DNA from: Lentisphaeria bacterium
Lineage (GTDB): Bacteria > Verrucomicrobiota > Lentisphaeria > JABSQK01 > CAJWLW01
NCBI GenBank assembly: GCA_963582235.1
Contig: CAUZRT010000003.1
Coordinates: 1 to 35,454, forward strand
DNA length: 35,454 nucleotides
Direction: 5' to 3'
The notes beneath the pieces were generated by a model. That model saw nothing but the letters and a program-made list of their open reading frames with translations, made no database searches and was not told where the DNA came from. Positions 28,445-35,454 of the stretch are shown here, one piece after another (the stretch's first letter is position 1; each line of letters opens with the position of its first letter). Both the position numbers and the translations under genes were made by a program.

Positions 28445-29809
28445 ATGTTTAAGAAGATACTGATTGCCAACCGCGGGGAAATCGCCCTGCGGATCATCAG
28501 AGCCTGCCGGGAGTTGAACATTCGCACGGTAGTTGTTTACTCGCAGGCGGATGAGGACACGCTGCCAGTCCAACTCGCCGATCAGCATGTCTGCATCGGC
28601 AGTCCCGAAAGCACGGACAGCTATCTGCGCATCGACCGCATCCTGACTGCTGCCGAGATTTGCGATATCGACGCCATCCATCCCGGCTATGGGTTCCTGG
28701 CTGAAAATGCCAAGTTCGCCCGCATTTGCAGGGAATGCAAGATCAAGTTTATCGGTCCTCAAGCAGAACAGATTGCTGCCATGGGCGACAAATCGAAGGC
28801 GCGGGGCATCATGCGAGCGGCCGGTGTGCTGGTGACGCCCGGAAGCGACGGCATCATCGCCGACGAAACGGAAGCTCTGGCCATCGCCCACGATCTCGGA
28901 TATCCGGTCGTCATCAAGGCGTCGGCGGGCGGCGGTGGCTGCGGAATCCGTGTCGCCCACACCGATGCCAGCCTCATCCAGGGCTTCCATTCCTGCCGGC
29001 GCGAAGCCGAACGATCATTCGGCAGTTCTGAGATATATATCGAAAAGTTCATCGAAAAGATGCGGCATGTCGAGATCCAGATCATGGCTGATGAACACGG
29101 TAATGTTGTCCATCTCGGTGAGCGTGACTGCAGCATTCAGCGGCGCCGGCAGAAACTGATCGAAGAGTCTCCTTGCCCTGCCCTTGACGAATCCCTGCGC
29201 GCCGATATGGGGCAAGCCGCCGTGCTCGCGGCCCAGGTCTCCGATTATACCAACGCCGGGACGGTTGAATTTATTTTGACGCCGGACAAACAGTTCTACT
29301 TTATGGAGATGAACACTCGTATCCAGGTCGAACACCCGGTGACGGAGATGGTGACCGGTATCGATTTGGTAAAGGAGCAGATCCGGATCGCTGCCGGTGA
29401 ACCGCTCGGTTATACGCAGGACGATATTGAGCTGAACGGGCACGCCATCGAATGCCGGATCAATGCGGAAAACCCACAGAACGGATTCACGCCGTGCCCG
29501 GGACTGGTGTCCTTTTATTGTCCGCCCGGCGGCCTGGGCGTCCGCATTGATTCGCACGTCTACAGCGGCTATATCATTCCGCCGTACTACGACAGCATGA
29601 TCGGCAAGCTCATCGTGCACGGCAAGAACCGCGCCGAGTGCATCGTTCGCTGCCGGCGCGCCCTCAGTGAGTTCCTTGTCGAAGGGATCCATACGACGAT
29701 TCCGTTCCAACAGCAGATCCTGCTCCGACAGGACTTCATCCGCGGCGAGTACGATACGGGTACGGTTGAGCAGATTCTGGCCGACGGCATTACAACCGCG
29801 CCGCCATGA
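28445..29809 (+). CDS. accC: Biotin carboxylase
   Basis: ANRGEIA, HPGYGFLAEN, RDCSIQRR, EMNTRIQVEH and YYDSMIGK motifs. Confidence 0.98.
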   Translation: MFKKILIANRGEIALRIIRACRELNIRTVVVYSQADEDTLPVQLADQHVCIGSPESTDSYLRIDRILTAAEICDIDAIHPGYGFLAENAKFARICRECKIKFIGPQAEQIAAMGDKSKARGIMRAAGVLVTPGSDGIIADETEALAIAHDLGYPVVIKASAGGGGCGIRVAHTDASLIQGFHSCRREAERSFGSSEIYIEKFIEKMRHVEIQIMADEHGNVVHLGERDCSIQRRRQKLIEESPCPALDESLRADMGQAAVLAAQVSDYTNAGTVEFILTPDKQFYFMEMNTRIQVEHPVTEMVTGIDLVKEQIRIAAGEPLGYTQDDIELNGHAIECRINAENPQNGFTPCPGLVSFYCPPGGLGVRIDSHVYSGYIIPPYYDSMIGKLIVHGKNRAECIVRCRRALSEFLVEGIHTTIPFQQQILLRQDFIRGEYDTGTVEQILADGITTAPP

Positions 29810-29972
29810 GTTTTTTGGCGTGTCCCGCGAAAAAAGTGGCGCTTCGCGTGTCCAACGTCTAAGCACCTACGGAGCATCTGAACCGCGCGCCTAGCCGGCG
29901 GCTTGTGAGTGACAGAAACTCAGGGGTCGGACTGTCTATATTCAGTGCAGTCCAACCTGTGTCCGGATGCGA

Positions 29973-30006
29973 CCAATCCCCAAACCCTAATCCCCAATCC
30001 CTAATC
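29973..30006. repeat. C-rich heptamer tandem repeat
   Basis: CCAATCCC CAAACCC TAATCCC CAATCCC TAATC, upstream of the asp23 start. Confidence 0.7.
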
Positions 30007-30028
30007 TTAAGTTTCTCGGGAGATCACC

Positions 30029-30472
30029 ATGGCAACCAGCAAACGAAAACCACAAAAGAAGGAGTTGGCTACGCACACCATGACGCATAGCAACGGGTTC
30101 GGCAACATTCAGATCTCGGAAGACGTGATCGCGGCAGTGGTAAAGTCGTATACCCTGTCGGTTCCCGGCGTCGCCCGTCTCGCCGGTACGAGTATTGTCG
30201 GGGGACTCGCCGAAATGTTCGGCAAACGCGGCCATGACCGCGGGCTACGCGTCGAATTCGAAGAGGACAACAAGGTGTGTATTACGGTGCATATTATTAT
30301 CAAATTCGGAGAGCATGTACCGTCGGTCGCCACCAACGTTCAGAATATCTGCCACAAGTATATCGAGGAACTGACCGGCCAGCAGGTTTCCAGCGTCAAT
30401 GTGATTGTCCAGAACCTGGACTCCGAGGAGGAGTCCGAAGAGGAAGTCGAGAAAACGGACGACGAGAAGTAG
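30029..30472 (+). CDS. Asp23/Gls24 (YqhY-like) envelope stress protein
   Basis: GNIQISEDVIA, VPGV, RGLRV, VATNVQ and LTGQQVSSVNVIV motifs, with an acidic tail. Confidence 0.9.
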   Translation: MATSKRKPQKKELATHTMTHSNGFGNIQISEDVIAAVVKSYTLSVPGVARLAGTSIVGGLAEMFGKRGHDRGLRVEFEEDNKVCITVHIIIKFGEHVPSVATNVQNICHKYIEELTGQQVSSVNVIVQNLDSEEESEEEVEKTDDEK

Positions 30473-30503
30473 ACTGGGGTTTCACGATCCCGTTTGGAGG
30501 CGC

Positions 30504-30980
30504 ATGGAAACGACAAACGAACCTGCTGCCTTGGACCAGATCACATCGATTGTATTGTCCCATGGCTTTCTCTACGGCTTTGTCGGCGGTTTTGTGGTCG
30601 CCATCATTGTCGTCTTGCTGTTCGCCCTGTTGCGGCGGATCCGCAGCGGCTGTCAAACGTCCATCGAGATCAAGGGAGAACACGGATGCGTGCTCCTCAA
30701 TCGCAAAGCGGCGAGAGAATTCGTCATACAAAGTCTCGAGGAATTCGCCGGCATCGCCGTCAAGCAGGTGCACGTATACTCGCGCAAGGGCGGCTACATC
30801 ATTTCTGTTGATATCGACTTCGCCCGGGGAACTAACCTGGCCGCGCAGAAGGATGCCATGCAGCAGAAAATTGTCCGGGACTTGCAGGAAAAAGCGGGCG
30901 TGATCTCGCATCTGGCCGTCGAACTGCGAATTCTCAGCTTCAGCGGCTCCGCACCGGCGCCCGTGGAACAGCCGGATTGA
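30504..30980 (+). CDS. AmaP-like membrane anchor for Asp23 family proteins
   Basis: GGAGG SD, an N-terminal TM, then an Asp23-like domain (GEHGCVLLNRKA...Q..I...L....G). Follows asp23. Confidence 0.6.
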   Translation: METTNEPAALDQITSIVLSHGFLYGFVGGFVVAIIVVLLFALLRRIRSGCQTSIEIKGEHGCVLLNRKAAREFVIQSLEEFAGIAVKQVHVYSRKGGYIISVDIDFARGTNLAAQKDAMQQKIVRDLQEKAGVISHLAVELRILSFSGSAPAPVEQPD

Positions 30981-30990
30981 GCAACACGCT

Positions 30991-31389
30991 ATGCCCAAAA
31001 CCCAAAGCCCTGTTTACATCTGCACACGCTGCGGCAACTGCTGCCGCTGGCCCGGCGATGTCCGGCTGACAGATTCAGATATCGAACAGATCGCCGATTA
31101 CCTCGGTATGTCGCGCGCCGAAATCATTGACAGGTACACGGAGCTGACAAGTGATCGCACGGGACTGACGCTGACGGAGAAGCCGGACGGTTCCTGCATA
31201 TTTCTCGAAGACCAGAACACCTGTTCCATTAACGACGCCAAGCCGCTGCAGTGCAGGCGGTTTCCCAACGGTTGGAACTTCGAAGGTTTCGAGGACGAAT
31301 GCCCTGCCATTAAGCTCAACGTACGAATCAAGCGCCTGAACAAGGCTAAACCTTTCCGATGGAAATCCGTATATCAAAGTTCTCGATAA
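30991..31389 (+). CDS. YkgJ family CxxCxxCC cysteine-cluster protein
   Basis: CTRCGNCC, CIFL, CSI..AKPLQCRRFP and a terminal CP. Confidence 0.9.
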   Translation: MPKTQSPVYICTRCGNCCRWPGDVRLTDSDIEQIADYLGMSRAEIIDRYTELTSDRTGLTLTEKPDGSCIFLEDQNTCSINDAKPLQCRRFPNGWNFEGFEDECPAIKLNVRIKRLNKAKPFRWKSVYQSSR

Positions 31390-31479
31390 TACGGCCGAAC
31401 CGGAAGGCGGTGATTTCGGCTGCCGGCGTCAACGACGACGACAGAGAGGAAACAGAGAGGACCGTTGCGGGGGCATACA

Positions 31480-32277
31480 ATGCCGGATAATCCATTCGAT
31501 CTGACAGGCAAAGTCGCAATCGTTACCGGTACCAGTCGTGGTCTTGGGCAGTACTTCGGCCGGGCCCTGGCGCGTGCGGGCGCCGATCTTGTCATTACCA
31601 GTCGCAGCAAGGATACGCTTGAACCGTTCCGGAGCGAAATCGAGAGCCTCGGTCGCAAGGCGTTGCCGCTGGCTCTGGATGTGCGGGACTACGACAGCAT
31701 TCAGCGCATGGCGGCCGAGGCAAAGGCGGCGTACGGCCGGATTGACATCCTCGTCAATAACGCCGGTTGCAATGTTCGTAAACCGTCCGACGACATCACT
31801 TGGGACGATTGGAATCTCGTTCTCGACACGAACCTGCGGGGGATGTTCTTCACAATTCAGGCCGTGGTGCGGGGAATGCTGTCGCGTCGCTACGGGCGCA
31901 TTATCAATGTCGGGTCCGTGACCTCGGTCTTCGGGTGCGGGGGGCTGGCCCCGTATTGTGCCAGCCGCGGCGGCGTCAAGCAATTGACGATGAGTCTGGC
32001 CGACGAGTGGGGGCCGTCCGGCATCACCGTCAACTGTCTGGCGCCGGGATGGTTCAAGACGGAACAGAACAAGGTTCTGTACGAGGATGAAGATTGGGTC
32101 ACCTATATCACGGATCGCATACCGCTGAAGCGGCCCGGACAGCCGCATGACTTGGATGGATGCGTCGTCTTCCTCGCCTCGGATGCCAGCGAATATGTTA
32201 CCGGGCAGATCATCCTCATTGACGGCGGCATCAGCACCGGTGCCATGCGCGCCCTGCCGGGCAATTTCGCGAATTGA
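31480..32277 (+). CDS. SDR family oxidoreductase (gluconate 5-dehydrogenase-like)
   Basis: TGTSRGLG, NNAG, YCASR (the YxxxK position has Arg), VNCLAPG and YVTGQ. Confidence 0.9.
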   Translation: MPDNPFDLTGKVAIVTGTSRGLGQYFGRALARAGADLVITSRSKDTLEPFRSEIESLGRKALPLALDVRDYDSIQRMAAEAKAAYGRIDILVNNAGCNVRKPSDDITWDDWNLVLDTNLRGMFFTIQAVVRGMLSRRYGRIINVGSVTSVFGCGGLAPYCASRGGVKQLTMSLADEWGPSGITVNCLAPGWFKTEQNKVLYEDEDWVTYITDRIPLKRPGQPHDLDGCVVFLASDASEYVTGQIILIDGGISTGAMRALPGNFAN

Positions 32278-32324
32278 GCAACCCCCCCCCGGGTGGTTCC
32301 CCGCCCTCGTAATCGGCGTTTACA

Positions 32325-32449
32325 GGAGGGGTGGCTGAGTGGCTGAAAGTCCCGTTTGCCCGTATGGGCATCACGGGATTTAAGGCAACGGTCTTGCCAC
32401 GTGATCCGATGTGCCGCGTTGCGGCATCACGCGAAAAACCGTCGTGGGC
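32325..32449 (+). repeat. Duplicated 5' 51 nt of tRNA-Ser interrupted by two hairpin inserts
   Basis: 32325-32342 + 32379-32396 + 32435-32449 is identical to 32710-32760. Inserts are at 32343-32378 and 32397-32434. Confidence 0.92.
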
Positions 32450-32458
32450 CCGGCACCC

Positions 32459-32746
32459 ATGAGTCAGATGTATTACGTCTACGTCTTATACAGTATTAGT
32501 CACGACAAACTCTACATAGGCAGTTGTGCCGAACCGGATGAGCGATTGATCGCACACAATGCCGGGCGCGGGGGTTGGGTCCAAGCGATACCAGACCCTG
32601 GACCCGCGTTCTGCTCGAAGAGTATCCGGATCAGCCTGGCGGGTAAGCGCGGGAGGTCCCTAAAATCCGGATGGGGGCGCAGATGGCTGCAAAAATTCCT
32701 TAACTACAAGGAGGGGTGGCTGAGTGGTTTAAGGCAACGGTCTTGA
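32459..32746 (+). pseudogene. Small stand-alone GIY-YIG nuclease, internally scrambled
   Basis: YYVYVLYS...LYIGS...RL..HN.G and LKSG.GR motifs. The central SKRY/RPW..VLLEEY segment is out of frame, and the expected KRE reads KRG. Confidence 0.85.
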
Positions 32747-32801
32747 AAACCGTCGTGGGCTTTTCGGTCCACCGTGGGTTCGAATCCCACCCCCTCCGCC
32801 A
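32710..32801 (+). tRNA. tRNA-Ser(UGA)
   Basis: Acceptor stem GGAGGGG/CCCCTCC, anticodon arm ACGGT-CTTGAAA-ACCGT, long variable arm, GTTCGAATC T-loop, G73 and encoded CCA. Confidence 0.97.
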
Positions 32802-32809
32802 ACTCCCAA

Positions 32810-33193
32810 CTACCGGCATGCAATGCAGGAGATCTCGACGAGCACGTCCTTCGGCAGGCGCGCCGCTTCGATGGCCTGACGCGCGGGCGGCACTTCCCCG
32901 GAAAAATACTCGCTGTAAATCCTGTTGATAGTCGCAAAGTCACCCATGTCCTTCAGAAACAGCTCGACTTTGACGACCCGTTCAAGGCTGCTGCCGGCCG
33001 CTTCGAGGATTGTCTGCAGGTTATCGAGCACTCGTCGCGTCTGTGACTTAATGTCGACACCGACGATCTCGCCGGTCGCCGGATCCAGTGGAATCTGTCC
33101 CGAAACAAACACCAGATCCTCGGTTGCTACCGCCTGCGAATACGGACCGATGGCGGCCGGTGCCGTTTCTGTCGCGATCTTTGAAATACTCAT
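32810..33193 (-). CDS. ridA: RidA/YjgF family enamine deaminase
   Basis: [23 protein letters not shown] and LPKDVLVEI motifs. Confidence 0.93.
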   Translation of the reverse strand: MSISKIATETAPAAIGPYSQAVATEDLVFVSGQIPLDPATGEIVGVDIKSQTRRVLDNLQTILEAAGSSLERVVKVELFLKDMGDFATINRIYSEYFSGEVPPARQAIEAARLPKDVLVEISCIACR

Positions 33194-33363
33194 AGTAATG
33201 ACTCTTTTTCCAGCCGGTTGATTGGTTCCGATTGCTTAACTACGTGCAACTCCTATACTGCTAAAGGACGAAAAGTAAATCTGCGTCCAGGCGGCGGCAA
33301 TCAACACGAAATCCGTATGCCGTTTTCACCCATCCCGATCGTAGCGCGACCGTATCTGAAGAA

Positions 33364-33786
33364 TCAGTCCATCAATGTCGGGATTGGTCCGCCGATCGTC
33401 GATTGCGGTCGGTTCGCTGCCTTCGGCATCAGCATCGTTGACACGCTTGGCAATGCCGGTGAGGGATCGGCTGCGGCGCGCGCCGCATCACCGTCGCCGC
33501 GTAAAAACAGCCGCCCGATGACGGTAATAATGCAACGACAATAGCCGCTTGAGCATACCGGTACGCGAACGGTGATTGAAATGAGAGCCAGTATTACCAG
33601 ACTTATAAGGAACCTCGGCCGAAACACCTTTTCGATGAATGACGCCGTATCACCCGATTCGTAGCGTACGGTCACAAGACGCGCGGTGGCGCCGCGCCCG
33701 CGACCAAGAGTCCGGTCAACCGTGAGCCGTGCGGATCGGCATGCGTGATCGCCGGTGTACAAGTCTGTCGTTATAGCCTGATCCAT
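33364..33786 (-). pseudogene. Probable degraded hypothetical gene fragment
   Basis: A plausible N-terminus (LGRGRGATARLV...IEKVFRP), then more protein-like text in other frames (YWLSFQSPFAYRYAQAAI; YYRHR). The in-frame remainder looks like a shadow translation. Confidence 0.4.
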
Positions 33787-33838
33787 TGTATCGCATCGGG
33801 GGCCGACCGGCTTCCAGCCATTAGGGCATTACCCTGTC

Positions 33839-33974
33839 GTAGCTATTGAGGTAGAAGGTGGATGGGCGCAGCCGAGTTCCAGCGTCTAACGCGACATCTG
33901 CAAAGGTAATTTCCGTGAGCATGCGATATACGGTGGACGAATCTTCCCCGTCCCCCGTCCCCCTGAGTGGTTAC
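33839..33974. mobile_element. MITE-like element, copy 2 (diverged)
   Basis: Colinear with 11771-11927, sharing CCGAGTTCCAGCGT, TAACGC, GCAAAGG, CATGCGA, TGGACG and ATCTTC. Ends are GTAGCTATTGAGG and CCTGAGTGGTTAC. Confidence 0.75.
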
Positions 33975-33980
33975 ACACCG

Positions 33981-35288
33981 TCAATAAAAGATCCCAATGT
34001 CGCTGGTGGGCAGTGAGGGGAAATTTTCGGGTTCCACGCGATCGGAAGTCCCCCAACGGCGGGAAAAGGGCCAATAGACGAAGGTTGCGCGCCCGACGAT
34101 GTTGCGGCGCGGGACCACGCCCCAAAAGCGGCTGTCGGCACTGTTCTCACTGTTGTCGCCGAGCAGAAAATATTCATCTTGCTTTAATTCGAAGACATCA
34201 TCGGGACCCGTGAGGTACTGTGCATTGGTCCGCTTTGGATCGGGATTGCTGTAACCGCGATAGCCGCCCTTGAAACTGTAAATGCGGTCGAACGCGCGTT
34301 GTACAGCGCCGCCCACCAATTTAAACTCTGTGTCCCCGGGCGCCTTGATGTACAGTTTACGATTGGCGATTTTCAGCTGGTCTCCCGGCAGGCCGACAAG
34401 CCGCTTGATGTAATACTGGCCGCGAAGTTTGTGGTTGTTCTTGTCGCGGATACCGGCAGTCGTAAAAACAGTAATATCGCCATGTTTGGGCTCGACGAAA
34501 TTATACCAGACCCGATTGACGAAGAGATGATCGCCCAGTTCCAGGTAGCCGCGCGCCAGAACTTGACCCTTGCGGAAGTATTTCTGATCAGCAAGCGGAA
34601 AGTAGTTCAGCCGGTGGCGACGGATGTAGCGCAACACGTTATCCCTGGGGCCCGGCAGTTTGTAATTCTGATCCCCGATCCGGACATTCGTATACGGGAA
34701 GAAGAAGAAGGGGTTGCGCGTTTTGGCGTACTTCAACTTGCCATCTTCCCTGATGACCACGTCGGTGTAACGTCGCGAGAGGTTGACGTAGTTCAACAGA
34801 CGCTTGACCACATTGACGTTGGCCTCGCCCTCATCGCATGGGGTGAATTGGATCCCGGACAGCGTCGGCTGCATACTGCCGGTTGGAATCTTGAATGGCT
34901 GTACGAACGGGGCACGAACGCCCATGACGACGCCGAAGACAACGATGATCAACTCGAGCCATTCCTTGACAACTGTCCATTTGTTCCGCGGCTTGATGTT
35001 GTCGAGCTGCTTCAGGGAGCGGGCGACGAACTCCTCGGTTTTCTCAACATCATCCAGGTTCTCCTGCACGGTCTGGACTCGTTCGGCCATTCCCATCAGT
35101 CTTTCGTTCTCTTGCGCGCTGAGTACGTCCCGATCCCAACGCCAGCGATATCGGATCTGGGAGTCAAGCATTCTCAGTTTTCGCCGCCGGTACTTCTGTT
35201 CACCAAGAAGAAACTGATTATAGATGTAGTGCGCCGGCCAAACAATAAAGAGCAGAACATCAAATAGAATGGATGCGACAAGACCCAT
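33981..35288 (-). CDS. lepB: Signal peptidase I with a long N-terminal extension
   Basis: FKIPTGSMQPTL (Ser), YIKRLVGLPGD (Lys) and GDNSENSADSRFWG motifs. Confidence 0.95.
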   Translation of the reverse strand: MGLVASILFDVLLFIVWPAHYIYNQFLLGEQKYRRRKLRMLDSQIRYRWRWDRDVLSAQENERLMGMAERVQTVQENLDDVEKTEEFVARSLKQLDNIKPRNKWTVVKEWLELIIVVFGVVMGVRAPFVQPFKIPTGSMQPTLSGIQFTPCDEGEANVNVVKRLLNYVNLSRRYTDVVIREDGKLKYAKTRNPFFFFPYTNVRIGDQNYKLPGPRDNVLRYIRRHRLNYFPLADQKYFRKGQVLARGYLELGDHLFVNRVWYNFVEPKHGDITVFTTAGIRDKNNHKLRGQYYIKRLVGLPGDQLKIANRKLYIKAPGDTEFKLVGGAVQRAFDRIYSFKGGYRGYSNPDPKRTNAQYLTGPDDVFELKQDEYFLLGDNSENSADSRFWGVVPRRNIVGRATFVYWPFSRRWGTSDRVEPENFPSLPTSDIGIFY

Positions 35289-35414
35289 ATTTGGGATTTG
35301 GGTTTGGGATTTGGGTTTGGGATTTGGGTTTGGGGATTTGAGTTTGGGGATTTGAGTTTGGGGATTTGAGTTTGGGGATTGCGGCTTGGGGATCCCAATC
35401 CCGAGTCCCCAATC
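35289..35414. repeat. G-rich 6-7-mer tandem repeat abutting the lepB start codon
   Basis: About 15 units of ATTTGGG/TTTGGG/TTTGGGG/ATTTGAG, followed by inverted units (CCCAATC, CCCCAATC). Confidence 0.9.
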
Positions 35415-35454
35415 AATTAGCTCACATTCGACTGCAGGACTTTGATGAATGCGT

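Noticed and set aside
28920-28950. AccC glycine loop reads GGGGCG instead of GGGG(R/K)G
   Set aside because: A single-base difference (CGC to TGC) that cannot be told apart from polymorphism or sequencing error.
32282-32290. C9 homopolymer after the SDR gene as a phase-variation tract
   Set aside because: It is intergenic with no recognisable promoter elements around it, and there is no evidence of variability.
32325-32449. Intron-containing or split tRNA, or selenocysteine tRNA
   Set aside because: The upstream copy has no T-arm or 3' acceptor strand and no BHB or group I features. The intact gene has anticodon UGA (Ser), not UCA (Sec).
35289-35414. CRISPR array
   Set aside because: The units are 6-7 bp with no unique spacers. 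No repeat-spacer array or cas gene is seen anywhere in the window.

Overview
A GC-rich bacterial chromosomal window, mostly housekeeping. Protein styles suggest a PVC-superphylum (Lentisphaerae-like) organism, which is inference only. Recognisable genes: nadA, cinA-recA-ftsW, aspS, a SpoU/TrmH methylase, a coproporphyrin-dependent haem cluster (chdC-hemE-cpfC/hemH), pheT, a DtxR/MntR regulator with a ferritin-like gene, hisF, thpR, a GDPD, aroQ-accB-accC-asp23-amaP-like-ykgJ, an SDR, tRNA-Ser(UGA), a RidA family gene and lepB. The most unusual items are: (1) an exact copy of the first 51 nt of tRNA-Ser, split by two related hairpin insertions (D-loop and anticodon), followed by a small decayed GIY-YIG nuclease whose ORF runs into the intact tRNA and stops on its anticodon; (2) a group-2-like sigma70 fused to an RNA-polymerase alpha-CTD, with its own near-consensus promoter and a UP-like A/T tract; (3) a coproheme decarboxylase fused to a Rieske [2Fe-2S] domain; (4) a relic patch with an attC-like site, a group IIC intron 3' end and a 36-aa Lys-rich ORF; (5) several MITE-like inverted-repeat elements, REP-like hairpins and heptamer tandem repeats. 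Several frameshifted pseudogenes are also present.
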